This document shows, one piece after another, positions 38,478 to 48,063 of a stretch of DNA of 64,000 nucleotides (the first letter of the stretch is position 1; each line of letters opens with the position of its first letter). The translations under genes and the position numbers were made by a program. A model generated the notes under the pieces. The model saw only the letters and a list, made by a program, of their open reading frames with translations. It was not told the DNA's origin and did no database searches. Origin of the DNA: Chloroflexota bacterium (GTDB taxonomy: Bacteria; Chloroflexota; Anaerolineae; VGOG01); the NCBI GenBank assembly GCA_016875995.1, contig VGOG01000002.1, positions 1,595 through 65,594 on the forward strand, read 5' to 3'.

Positions 38478-38542
38478 CCCACCATCCCCCCAAAAGCCTG
38501 CCCTGAGCCCTGTCGAAGGGTTGGGGGGGAAAGAGGGGGGGC
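38478..38542. repeat. family A palindrome with nested family C element
   Basis: CATCCCCCCAA[AA GCCTGCCCTGAGCCCTGTCGAAGGG]TTGGGGGGGAAAGAGGGGGG. Confidence 0.8.
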
Positions 38543-38565
38543 TTTCACCGTGTCAGGATGAATCA

Positions 38566-38853
38566 ATGGCCAAAAGCAAGAAACGACGCGATAAGAAGCG
38601 GCCTTCCAAGCAGGGTCAACAAGCCGCGCCCAGCGCCAAGGATCAGGAGGTGCGAATTCGCTCATTTGATCGGATTCCGCTCTGGGGTTGGATCTTGATT
38701 TTCCTCTTGCCCCTAATCGCTAGCGAGTTCATGTTCTACAGGATGGGCCGATGGCCCAGCGTGATTATCTTCCCGTTGGCCTGGATCGGATTCTGGGCCG
38801 CCATGATGCACCGATCCGGGTGGCGGATCCTGAAGAAGCGGAAGGATGAATGA
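38566..38853 (+). CDS. small membrane protein
   Basis: Basic N-terminus then two hydrophobic segments. Confidence 0.7.
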   Translation: MAKSKKRRDKKRPSKQGQQAAPSAKDQEVRIRSFDRIPLWGWILIFLLPLIASEFMFYRMGRWPSVIIFPLAWIGFWAAMMHRSGWRILKKRKDE

Positions 38854-39027
38854 TCGGCTGGCCGTCGCTTCTCGTGCTAACGTGCGGCCATCTTTACCAA
38901 AACCCGATAAGGGGATCACCAAGGGTTAAGGCTGGGGGTGAATAGTAAACACTCCCAGCCTTTATGTTTCGTGGAGGTAAGGTGAAGAATTGGGCGTGGA
39001 GCGAGCCGGGGATAGCCGGATCGCCGA

Positions 39028-39056
39028 TTGCAATTTGCGGCTTATTCGGGTATAAT
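39028..39056 (+). promoter_or_regulatory. sigma70 promoter
   Basis: TTGCAA-17-TATAAT. Confidence 0.65.
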
Positions 39057-39094
39057 GTCAGGAAGAAGTGATCCCGTCGCATGATGAAGCACAA

Positions 39095-39730
39095 ATGGAA
39101 GCTGGCATGGAGGGGAAGCGGCCCCAATTCCAAGAGGGGCTCGATGCCTTCGCTGCCCGTCACGAGCTGACGGACTGGGAGGGCTGGTTCAGCCCCTACG
39201 ACGCAGAGACATACGACCAGGTCTTGCAAAACATCGGCGAAGACGATGTCGTCATGGAGATCGGCGCCGGCGACCTGCGTCTGGCCCTGCGACTGGCGGA
39301 GCGGGCCCGAAGGGTTTACGCCGTGGAGGTCAATCCTCTCCTGGTCGGCGCGGCCCTGCAGGCCATCGGCTTTGACCTGCCACGCAACTTGCTGGTCGTC
39401 TGCGCCAACGCTCTGGACATCTCTTTTCCCAATGACATCACTGTAGCCGTGCTTCTCATGCGCCATTGCCAGCACTTTGGGCGATACGAGGACAAACTGC
39501 GGGCCGCTGGCTGCCGGCGGTTGCTGACCAACGCCCGCTGGAAAAGCGGGATGGAGAGCATTGACCTCACCCGTCCTGGTGTCCCCTTCGCTGAGGTGAG
39601 CGAGGGCTGGTACGCCTGCCGCTGTGGGGCGGTGGGCTACGTGGGTCGGGGCGAGCGGTCGGATGCACCACCCGTGGAGGTGATTGGCTGTCCCGCCTGC
39701 CAATCACGTTTTACGTTTGACGTTTCGTAA
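39095..39730 (+). CDS. SAM-dependent methyltransferase with Cys-rich C-terminus
   Basis: MEIGAGD, YAVEVNP; CRCG and CPAC pairs; start uncertain (39068/39095/39107). Confidence 0.75.
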   Translation: MEAGMEGKRPQFQEGLDAFAARHELTDWEGWFSPYDAETYDQVLQNIGEDDVVMEIGAGDLRLALRLAERARRVYAVEVNPLLVGAALQAIGFDLPRNLLVVCANALDISFPNDITVAVLLMRHCQHFGRYEDKLRAAGCRRLLTNARWKSGMESIDLTRPGVPFAEVSEGWYACRCGAVGYVGRGERSDAPPVEVIGCPACQSRFTFDVS

Positions 39731-39850
39731 TTGCTCAGCCCGTGTCATTGCGAGGAGCGTTTTTTTGCGACGAAGCAATCTCCTCTTTGTGGCACGGGGA
39801 TTGCTTCGCTTTGCTCGCAATGACAGCCTGAGTAGTCACGACGTTTCACG
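39704..39850. repeat. 7-bp array (CACGTTT) interrupted by nested palindromic elements
   Basis: Array, then CGTAATTGCTCAG [TGTCATTGCGAG..GAAGCAATC...GATTGCTTCG..CTCGCAATGACA] CTGAGTAGTCACG, then array resumes. Confidence 0.85.
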
Positions 39851-39872
39851 TATAAAGAAAGGAGTTGACAGA

Positions 39873-40412
39873 ATGAGACTAAAAGGCAAGAAAGTGGCTA
39901 TTCTGGTGGAGGATGGCTTCGAGGACCTGGAGTTCTGGGTGCCTGTGATGCGCCTGCAGGAGGAGGGAGCCGAGGTGACGGTGGTGGGCACGGGCAGCCA
40001 GCCCAGGTTCACGGGCAAGCATTGCCTGGAGGCTATCCCCGACGTAACCGCCGACCAGGTCACGCCGCGAGACTTCGACGCCCTGGTCGTTCCCGGCGGG
40101 TGGGCGCCGGACAAGCTGCGCCGTTACGACTCGGTGCTCGAACTGGTGCGGGGGATGCACGAGCGAGGCAAGATCATCGGCGTCATCTGTCACGGCGGCC
40201 TGGTGCCCATCTCGGCGGGCATCGTCCGCGGGCGCAGGGCGACGGGCTCCACCGGCATCAAAGATGACCTGATCAACGCCGGGGCAGAGTGGGTGGATGA
40301 GGCGGCCTTCAGGGAGGGCAACCTGGTTTGGGGGCGGGTGGTGGCGGACATCCCCGCCTTCTGCCGCGAGCTGGTAGCGGCCATCGAGACGAGCCAGGAG
40401 GGATTGTGGTAG
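39873..40412 (+). CDS. PfpI/DJ-1 family protein (protease/glyoxalase III-like)
   Basis: FEDLE, VPGGWAPDKLRR, ICHG. Confidence 0.92.
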   Translation: MRLKGKKVAILVEDGFEDLEFWVPVMRLQEEGAEVTVVGTGSQPRFTGKHCLEAIPDVTADQVTPRDFDALVVPGGWAPDKLRRYDSVLELVRGMHERGKIIGVICHGGLVPISAGIVRGRRATGSTGIKDDLINAGAEWVDEAAFREGNLVWGRVVADIPAFCRELVAAIETSQEGLW

Positions 40413-42958
40413 GAATCGTCATCGTCGCCCACAGTGCGAAACTGGCCGAAGGCGTGAGAGACCTGGCCGAGTAGATGGGGCAGGGGCGGGTGGCCATCGC
40501 CGCCGCTGGCGGCCTGGACGATGCGACCATCGGCACCAACCTGGAGCGCATCCTGGAGGCCATCGAAGCCGTCTACCAACCGGCCGGGGTGCTGGTGCTG
40601 ATGGACCTGGGAAGCGCGGTGATGAGCACCGAGATGGCCGTCGGGATGTTGCCGCCCGACCAGCAGTCCATGGTGCTGCTGAGCGAAGCGCCGCTGGTGG
40701 AGGGGGCTATCGCCGCCACGGTGGAGGCCTCTATCGGCAAGTCCCTGGCCGAGGTTGACGCCGCAGCTCGCGCCGTGGTGCGCACACCCAAGGTCGCCGG
40801 AGCCACCCCCCTCACCGAGGCGGTGCCACGTCCTGAGCTGGTCGAAGGGCCTCCATCCAACGAGATCACCCTCAACATCGTCAACGAGGTCGGGCTGCAC
40901 GCCCGGCCCGCCGCCCTGTTCGTTCAGACCGCTGGCCGCTTCCAGTCGGCCATCACGGTGCGCAATCTGACCCGAGACACCGCTGCCGTTGATGCCAAGA
41001 GCATGTTCGGCGTGCTGAGCATCGGCGCCCAACTGAACCACCAGATCGCCGTCGCCGCCGAGGGGCCTGACGCAGACGAGGCCCTGGCGACCATCGGCCA
41101 GTTGGTGGAGAGTGGATTCGGAGAAATGGAGGGGGTCCCAATTCCAACGGTGGCTCCCGCGTCCCCTGCTATCTTGCCTCCCCGTCCCCTCGCTCCCCTG
41201 GCTCCTTTGCCCCCTTGCTCCTCTGCTCCTCTGCTCCCTTGCACCCTGACTGGCATCACCGCTTCGACCGGCATCGCCGTTGGGCCAGCGTACATCTACC
41301 GCCCGGAGGTCTTGACTGTCGAGCGCCGGACGGTGGATGACCCGGCGGCCGAGTGGTCCCACTTCACCCAGGCAGTCGAGCAGGCCAAGGCCGAGATCGG
41401 CGCCATCCGCTCCCAGGCCGCCGCCGAGGTGGGCAAGGCCGAGGCGGAGATCTTCACCGCTCACCAGTTGTTCCTGGAGGACCCCGCCCTGCTGGATCGG
41501 GTGCGGGGGCAGATCGAGGGAGAGAGGAGTAACGCTGAGGCAGCTCTGGCCGATGCGGTGGCAGGCTACGCCGAGCTCCTGCGGGGCATGGAGGGGGAGA
41601 TCTTCCGTCAGCGAGCGGCCGACGTCGAGGACGTGGGCCGGCGGGTGCTGCGCATCTTGCTGGGCATGGGTGAGACCTCCCTGGTCGAGCTGCCGAAGCC
41701 GGTGGTGGTAGTGGCTCACGACCTCACCCCCTCCGACACCGCCCAAATGGACAAAGAGCGTGCCCTGGGCTTTTGCACCGCCATTGGCGGCGAAACCTCC
41801 CACACCGCCATCCTGGCCCGCAGCCTGGGCCTGCCGGCGGTGGTCGGTCTGGGGGAGGGCGCGTTGAGCATTCCCGACGGGACACCCTTGATCATTGATG
41901 GTGACCAGGGCCTGGTGATCGTCAACCCGGATGAGAGCACCCTGGCTGATTACCGCGCCCGCCAGGAGGCGTTGCTGGCCCAGGAGGTGGCCGCCAGGCG
42001 CGCCGCTCAACGCCCCGCTCAGACCCTTGACGGGCAGCGGGTGGAGGTAGTGGCCAACATCGGCGACGTGAATTCGGCCAGGATAGCCCTGGAGTACGGG
42101 GCCGAGGGGGTGGGGCTGCTGCGCACTGAGTTCCTCTACCTGGATCGCGCCACCATGCCTGGCGAGGAGGAGCAGTACGCTGCCTATCGCGCCATCGCCG
42201 ACCTGATGGGGAAGCGTCCCCTCATCGTCCGCACTTTTGACATCGGGGGCGACAAGCAGTTGCCTTATCTCGACATCGGCGATGAGCTCAACCCTTTCCT
42301 GGGATGGCGGGCTATCCGGCTTTCCCTGGATCAGGTTGATCTCTTCCGAACGCAGCTCAGGGCCATCCTCCGGGCGGGCCACGACCGCAACGTCAAGATC
42401 ATGTTCCCCATGATCGCCGACGTGGGGGAGGTGCGTCGGGCCAGGGACGTCCTGGCCGAGGTCAGGGCCGAATTGGAAGCCGAGGGAGTTCCTTTTGCTT
42501 CCGGGGTTGAGGTGGGCATCATGGTGGAAGTGCCGGCGGCGGCCTTGGCGGCCGACGTACTGGCCCAAGAGGTGGACTTCTTCAGTATCGGCACCAACGA
42601 CTTGATCCAGTACACCATGGCCTGCGACCGCACCAACGAGAAGGTCGCTTATCTTTATCAGCCGTTGCACCCGGCCGTTTTGCGGTTGATCAAGCGGGTG
42701 ATCGAGGCCGCTCACGCGGCTGGCAAGTGGGTGGGCATGTGTGGGGAGATGGCTGGCCAGCCCGAGGCCATCCCCATCCTGTTGGGCCTGGGGCTGGACG
42801 AGTTCAGCATGAGCGCGGCGGCCATTCCCAGAGCCAAGGCGCTGATGGCGGCGATCACACTCGATAAGGCGCGAGAAATGGCTGCCGAGGCGCTCAACAT
42901 GTCCACCGCAGACCAGGTGCGAAGCTATGCCCAGGAGGTCATAAACTCGTTGAGTTGA
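40406..42958 (+). CDS. DhaM(EIIA)-HPr-enzyme I multiphosphoryl transfer fusion, interrupted by in-frame TAG at 40472-40474
   Basis: GTG 40406 reads MVGIVIVAHSAKLAEGVRDLAE*MGQ; then DLGSA (DhaM), GLHARPAA (HPr), TSHTAILAR, GLLRTEF, SIGTNDL, GMCGE (EI). Confidence 0.9.
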
Positions 42959-42959
42959 T

Positions 42960-42988
42960 TTGCCAAATTCATAGGTATTTGCTATAAT
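42960..42988 (+). promoter_or_regulatory. sigma70 promoter of tRNA
   Basis: TTGCCA-17-TATAAT, extended -10, 8 nt before tRNA. Confidence 0.8.
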
Positions 42989-42996
42989 TAGACTGG

Positions 42997-43073
42997 CGGG
43001 GCGTAGCGCAGCCAGGTAGCGCACTTGAATGGGGTTCAAGTGGTCGCCGGTTCAAATCCGGCCGCCCCGACCA
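42997..43073 (+). tRNA. tRNA-Pro(GGG)
   Basis: Cloverleaf: acceptor CGGGGCG/CGCCCCG, anticodon arm CTTGA-ATGGGGT-TCAAG, T-loop TTCAAAT, encoded CCA. Confidence 0.97.
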
Positions 43074-43180
43074 TAAGGATATGGCAACAGCCTTCTTTAG
43101 GCTACTAGCCATCAGGTTGAATGGCCGATGGCCTCCACGCTGTCGGCCATTGTTCGTATTAGCTTAAGGTCGAGCTAGAT

Positions 43181-44680
43181 ATGGACGACGTGGTCTATAA
43201 ATGCGGTGACCTGACCGAGGAGGACATCGCATTTCTACAAAAAATCGAAAACGATATGCCCATCGTGGCCGATGTCAGCCGTGGCGACTTGTTGATTTAT
43301 TGTCTGATCTCCCCCAACCGCGCGGCAGTAGTGGCTCAGGCTAAGCCTCACTCCATTGCTCCGATTCATCCGAAGCCCATCATCGGGCGGACGATAACGG
43401 CGGCGGAAGAACCCCTTGTTCTCCAGGCCCTGGATCGGGGACGCTCGTTGCAGGGAAACAGAACGCTGATCCCCGATGGGGCTCCGGTGCAGCAGGAGGT
43501 TCGCCCCATCCGCAACGAGGAAGGGAAGGTGTTGGGTGCTCTGAGCATCGAGACCAACCTCATCGAGCACGAGCGGCATCGCCGGCGGAGTAAGGTCTTC
43601 CAGCAGGCCTTGAAACAACTACAGGAGATGCTGCTGCGGGGGGAGATAGAGGGGGGTGGACAGCTTTCTCCCTTCGGCGAGCACGACGGCATCATGGTCG
43701 TGGATAATCAGGGATGGATCCGCTACGCCAGTGGCATCGCTACCAATCTCTATCGCCGGGTGGGCCACCTGGATAGCCTGGTGGGGAAACGCACCTCTGA
43801 GTTGGAGACCGAGGACGCGGTCCTGGTGGTCAGGGCTTTGCGGGAGAAGCGTTGCCTCGAAGAGGAGACCAAGGAAGGACATCGCGACTGGATCAAGAAG
43901 GCTATTCCTCTGACCTCCAGCGGAGAGGTGCTGGGTTTGCGCCGTTTCCTGGGTTTGCCTCTGCCCAAACCCCGCCTGGATGGGGTGCTGTTAACGGTGC
44001 ACGACGAGACCGAGGCACGGCGTAAGGAGCGAGAGCTCAAGGTCAAGTCGGCCATGATCCGTGAGATTCATCACCGGGTGAAGAACAACTTGCAGGTCAT
44101 CGCCTCTCTGCTGCGTATGCAGGGCAGGCGCAGCGAGTCCGATGAGGTGAGGCGATCCCTGGACGACAGCGTGAGACGCATCCTCAGCGTGGCTGTGGTG
44201 CACGAGTTCCTCTCGCAGCAGGAAGCGAGGTTCATTAACATCAAAGAGGTGAGCCAGCGCATCATCAAACACACCCAGCAGGGGATTTTGCTTCCGGATA
44301 AGCGGATCCGCCTGACCTTACGCGGGCCTGGCATTTATCTGCCTGCTCAACAGGCGACGACTTGCGCTCTGGTCATCAACGAGCTATTGCAGAATGCGGT
44401 GGAGCATGGATACGAACGCAAGCCTGGTGGCACCATCTCGGTCAGCTTCCAGGACGATGGCGACCAGGTGACCATCGCCGTGGTGGACGACGGGCAGGGT
44501 TTGCCGGACGATTTCAGTCTGGAACAGGCCGACAGCCTGGGCCTGCAGATCGTCCAGACTTTGGTGCGGGACGATCTCAAGGGGCAATTCGAGCTGAGGG
44601 AAGGGGACGGGGTGTCGGCCATCGTTACCTTCCCCAAACAAACGTTAGGAGGTGAGGGACCTTGGAGCGAACTAGAGTGA
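43181..44680 (+). CDS. cytoplasmic sensor histidine kinase, PdtaS/EutW-like (HisKA_2)
   Basis: IVADVSRGDLLI N-terminal domain, PAS-like region, REIHHRVKNNLQ, NELLQNA, DDGQG, SLGLQIV. Confidence 0.92.
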   Translation: MDDVVYKCGDLTEEDIAFLQKIENDMPIVADVSRGDLLIYCLISPNRAAVVAQAKPHSIAPIHPKPIIGRTITAAEEPLVLQALDRGRSLQGNRTLIPDGAPVQQEVRPIRNEEGKVLGALSIETNLIEHERHRRRSKVFQQALKQLQEMLLRGEIEGGGQLSPFGEHDGIMVVDNQGWIRYASGIATNLYRRVGHLDSLVGKRTSELETEDAVLVVRALREKRCLEEETKEGHRDWIKKAIPLTSSGEVLGLRRFLGLPLPKPRLDGVLLTVHDETEARRKERELKVKSAMIREIHHRVKNNLQVIASLLRMQGRRSESDEVRRSLDDSVRRILSVAVVHEFLSQQEARFINIKEVSQRIIKHTQQGILLPDKRIRLTLRGPGIYLPAQQATTCALVINELLQNAVEHGYERKPGGTISVSFQDDGDQVTIAVVDDGQGLPDDFSLEQADSLGLQIVQTLVRDDLKGQFELREGDGVSAIVTFPKQTLGGEGPWSELE

Positions 44681-45252
44681 TCATTGCCGACGATGAATCC
44701 ATCATCCGCATGGACCTCAGGGAGATGTTGACTAGCCTGGGTTATCTGGTCATCGGCGAGGTGGGGGATGGCCGCAGTGCGGTGAATCTGGCTCGGGAAC
44801 TGAGGCCTGACGTGGTGATCATGGACATCAAGATGCCAGACATGGATGGCATTGACGCCGCCAAAATCCTGACCGAGGAGAGGATCGCCCCTGTCTTGCT
44901 GCTAACCGCCTACAGCCAACAAGAGCTCATCGAGCGGGCCAAGGAGGCAGGAGTGGTAGGCTACATCGTGAAGCCCTTCCGGGAGTCCGACTTGGCGCCA
45001 GCTATCGAGGTGGCAGTGGCCCGCTTTGCCGAGTTCCGTGCCCTGGAAAAAGAGGTGGGCGACCTCAAGCTGGCCTTAGAGACCAGGAAGCTGGTGGATC
45101 GGGCCAAAGGCATCTTGATGGATACCCAGGGCGTAACCGAGGCCGAGGCCTTCCGCAAGATCCAGAAGATGAGCATGAACACCCGTAAGCCCATGAAGGA
45201 GGTTGCGGAAGCGATCATTTTGGCTCACCAAGCATCAATAGCCAATATCTAA
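44662..45252 (+). CDS. ANTAR-domain response regulator, PdtaR/EutV-like
   Basis: IADDE, MDIKMP, KP; ANTAR RKLVDRAKGILM...EAEAF...SM. Confidence 0.95.
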   Translation: MERTRVIIADDESIIRMDLREMLTSLGYLVIGEVGDGRSAVNLARELRPDVVIMDIKMPDMDGIDAAKILTEERIAPVLLLTAYSQQELIERAKEAGVVGYIVKPFRESDLAPAIEVAVARFAEFRALEKEVGDLKLALETRKLVDRAKGILMDTQGVTEAEAFRKIQKMSMNTRKPMKEVAEAIILAHQASIANI

Positions 45253-45276
45253 TAGCCAATAACCAGCGAGGGGACG

Positions 45277-46020
45277 ATGAAAACCTCTGAACGAATCAGC
45301 ACTTGGATCGGGGAAAAGGTCGAGGAGGCAGGAGCCGAGGGCGTGGTGTTGGGGATCAGCGGCGGGGTTGATTCGGCGGTGGTGGCTGTCCTGGCCAAAA
45401 AGGGGTTGGGCGATGGGGTGTTGGGGTTGATCATGCCTTGCCACAGCGACCCGACCGACGTCGAGCACGCCCGACGCCTGGCTGCCGAGTTCGACATCCA
45501 GACCGAGTACGTGGACTTGACCCCTGTCTTCGACCGCCTTCTGGAGGCTCTGCCCCCTGGGGACAGGGTGGCGGCTGGCAATCTGAAAGCCCGTCTGCGG
45601 ATGGCCGTGTGGTACTACTTCGCCAACAGCCGCAATTACCTGGTTGCTGGCGCGGGGAATAAGAGTGAACTCAAAGCTGGTTATTTCACGAAGTTTGGCG
45701 ACGGCGGCGTTGACATCTTGCCCCTGGGTGACCTGCTTAAGACGCAGGTGCGGGAGCTAGCCCGCGAGCTGGGCATCCCTGAGGAGGTCATCGCCAAGCC
45801 CCCCAGCGCGGGCCTGTGGGAAGGGCAGACGGACGAGGGGGAGATGGGCATCACCTACGAGGAATTGGACAGGGTTCTCATAGCTATCGAGTCCGGTAAT
45901 ACCGCTGAGTGCAATCAGGAGGCTTTGGCCCGCGTGAGGGCCATGATGGCTGCCTCTCAGCACAAGAGGGATCCGATACCGATATGGAGCAAGGGAGCAG
46001 AGGAGCAGGGGGGCATTTGA
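45277..46020 (+). CDS. nadE: NH3-dependent NAD+ synthetase
   Basis: SGGVDSA, NLKARLRM, NKSE, FTKFGDG, PSAGLWEGQTDE. Confidence 0.95.
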   Translation: MKTSERISTWIGEKVEEAGAEGVVLGISGGVDSAVVAVLAKKGLGDGVLGLIMPCHSDPTDVEHARRLAAEFDIQTEYVDLTPVFDRLLEALPPGDRVAAGNLKARLRMAVWYYFANSRNYLVAGAGNKSELKAGYFTKFGDGGVDILPLGDLLKTQVRELARELGIPEEVIAKPPSAGLWEGQTDEGEMGITYEELDRVLIAIESGNTAECNQEALARVRAMMAASQHKRDPIPIWSKGAEEQGGI

Positions 46021-46065
46021 ACTTTGAGATCTGCCGGGACAATGTCAATAAACAGCAATGAGCCG

Positions 46066-46093
46066 AGGCTGCCTCATTGAGGTGGCCTCTTTT
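46066..46093 (+). terminator. terminator/attenuator hairpin in glnA leader
   Basis: GAGGCTGCCTC-ATT-GAGGTGGCCTC followed by TTTT. Confidence 0.65.
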
Positions 46094-46118
46094 AGTTAAG
46101 AAAGGGGGATACAAACAA

Positions 46119-47456
46119 ATGGATAAGCAGGAGCTTCTGGAGAGGGTCAAAGCCGACGGTGTGAAGTTTGTGAGTCTGCAGTTCACTGACATCCTGGGCA
46201 CGATCAAGAATGTCACTATCCCGGCAGGTCGCCTGGAGGAGATCATGGAGAAGGGGGTCTGGTTCGACGGCTCCTCCATCGAGGGCTTTGCCCGCATCTA
46301 CGAGAGCGATATGGTTCTGATGCCCGATGTCAACACCTATCGCCTTCTCCCCTGGGAACCCCAGACCAGAAAAGTAGCCCGCATCATCTGCGACGTCCAT
46401 CGGCCCGATGGTGAGCCTTTCGAAGGTGACCCTCGTCACATCCTCAAACGGGCCATTGGGGCGGCGATGGACAGGGGCTATCTCTATAACACAGGTCCCG
46501 AGTTGGAGTTCTTCCTGTTCAAGATGGACGCCGAACCCCACATCCGGCCCGTTCCCCACGATGTGGGCAGCTACTTCGATTTCTCGCCTCGGGACCTGGC
46601 TTCTCAGGTGCGGGGGGACATCACCCTGGCCTTGGAAAGCGTGGGGATGGAAGTGGAGATGGAGCATCACGAGGTGGCGACGGGCCAGCACGAGATTGAC
46701 ATTCGCTATGCCGATGCCCTGACCAGCGCCGATAACGTCATGACCCTGCGCTACACTGTTAAAGCCGTTTCGCAGACCTTCGGTCTGTATGCCACCTTCA
46801 TGCCCAAGCCCATCTTCGGCATCAACGGTTCGGGCATGCACACCCATCAGAGCCTGTACAACACGTCCGATGGGGAAAACGCCTTCTTTGACCCCAGCGA
46901 TAAGTACAAGCTCTCCAGGACGGCTTATGCGTTCATGGCCGGCCAGATAGAGCATGCCCGAGCCCTGGCCGCCATCGTAGCTCCTACTGTCAACTCTTAC
47001 AAGCGCCTGACACCCGGCTACGAGGCTCCGGTCTACGTCTGCTGGGGGCAGATCAACCGCTCAGCCCTGATCCGCATTCCAAGATACTCGCCTGGCCGCG
47101 AGCAGTCCACTCGCCTGGAGCTACGTTGCCCCGACCCTGGCTGCAACCCTTACCTGGCCTTCGCCGCCATGCTGTGGGCGGGCCTGGATGGCATCGAGCG
47201 AGAGCTAGAACCACCTCCCCCAGTAGAGGAGAACGTATACGATTTCGACGATGCCAGGCTGCGAGAGCTTGACATCGCCACTTTGCCAGGTACTCTGAAA
47301 GAGGCGATTGATGAACTGGAGAAAGACGAGGTCTTACAACAGGCATTAGGAGAGCACGCCTATCAGGCCTTTGTGCGGGCCAAGAAGGCCGAGTGGGACG
47401 AGTACCGCATCCAGGTGACTGATTGGGAGATCAATCGCTACCTGGAGACGTTATGA
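46119..47456 (+). CDS. glnA: glutamine synthetase type I (alpha-like)
   Basis: FDGSSIEGF, GPELEFF, HHEVATGQHEI, FMPKP, NGSGMH, NSYKRL, NRSALIR. Confidence 0.96.
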   Translation: MDKQELLERVKADGVKFVSLQFTDILGTIKNVTIPAGRLEEIMEKGVWFDGSSIEGFARIYESDMVLMPDVNTYRLLPWEPQTRKVARIICDVHRPDGEPFEGDPRHILKRAIGAAMDRGYLYNTGPELEFFLFKMDAEPHIRPVPHDVGSYFDFSPRDLASQVRGDITLALESVGMEVEMEHHEVATGQHEIDIRYADALTSADNVMTLRYTVKAVSQTFGLYATFMPKPIFGINGSGMHTHQSLYNTSDGENAFFDPSDKYKLSRTAYAFMAGQIEHARALAAIVAPTVNSYKRLTPGYEAPVYVCWGQINRSALIRIPRYSPGREQSTRLELRCPDPGCNPYLAFAAMLWAGLDGIERELEPPPPVEENVYDFDDARLRELDIATLPGTLKEAIDELEKDEVLQQALGEHAYQAFVRAKKAEWDEYRIQVTDWEINRYLETL

Positions 47457-47531
47457 GTCAGTGATCAGGGATCAGTAAATCAGGGATCAGGAATCAGCTC
47501 CCCCGATTCCCTGATCACTGATTACCGATTA
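47457..47531. repeat. 7-bp inverted-tandem array (TCAGGGA-like then CTGATCA-like)
   Basis: About 6 forward and 4 reverse units between convergent stop codons. Confidence 0.85.
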
Positions 47532-47891
47532 CCCCTCAACAGAAGGCGGGAGTGTTTCAGTGAATTCCCTGCGCAAATACTGGACAGTGGCCCTGGTGTT
47601 TTCCTCGATGGCCAGAGCCAGGTAGATGGCTTCGCCGAGGGCGTAGATAAGCAAGAAGTAGAAGCCCGCCCCCAGCACGAGCCCCAGGGCGCCGAAGATC
47701 CCCCCAGCGATCCCCATTAGAGGGGTATAGGGTCGTGGAAAAATCCTGGGTGTCCTTAGCACCTGCGTTTCCCCCCAGATGCCAGCAGCCAGAACCCCCA
47801 GGGCAGCCAGGAGGCCGATGACCAGGACGATCCAGGCCAAAACCTTGTAGATAGTGCCGATGAGCCGCAGAACCGTGAACTTTTGCTTCAT
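47529..47891 (-). CDS. small membrane protein
   Basis: Two TM segments, C-terminal LAIEENTR. Confidence 0.8.
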   Translation of the reverse strand: MKQKFTVLRLIGTIYKVLAWIVLVIGLLAALGVLAAGIWGETQVLRTPRIFPRPYTPLMGIAGGIFGALGLVLGAGFYFLLIYALGEAIYLALAIEENTRATVQYLRREFTETLPPSVEG

Positions 47892-47988
47892 GGTTTTCTC
47901 CTTTCCTAGTTCCTCGTTGACTTGTTACTCGCGTTGCCTCATTGCTTGGTCAAGTATATCACATAATCCATCCGAAGGCAAGGTTGCT

Positions 47989-48017
47989 TTGACAGCTTTT
48001 CTAAATCAAGTTATAAT
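47989..48017 (+). promoter_or_regulatory. sigma70 promoter of glycosylation operon
   Basis: TTGACA-17-TATAAT. Confidence 0.85.
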
Positions 48018-48063
48018 TCAGTTCACCGCCTGACGTTATCCCAACCACCGGAGCGCTCTTGCT

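Noticed and set aside
38870-38960. Possible riboswitch after the small membrane protein gene
   Set aside because: Only a simple hairpin (AAGGCTGGGGGTG/CACTCCCAGCCTT) consistent with a terminator; no aptamer consensus.
40472-40474. Pyrrolysine or genome-wide TAG recoding
   Set aside because: No pyl genes or tRNA-Pyl in the window, and dhaK, glpA and others end in TAG at expected positions.
40190-43039. 949-aa minus-strand ORF (likewise 33154-34866, 31312-32466, 61870-63549)
   Set aside because: Antisense shadows of well-supported plus-strand genes.
42997-43073. tRNA as integration site of an island
   Set aside because: No duplicated tRNA 3' end or integrase seen in the window.
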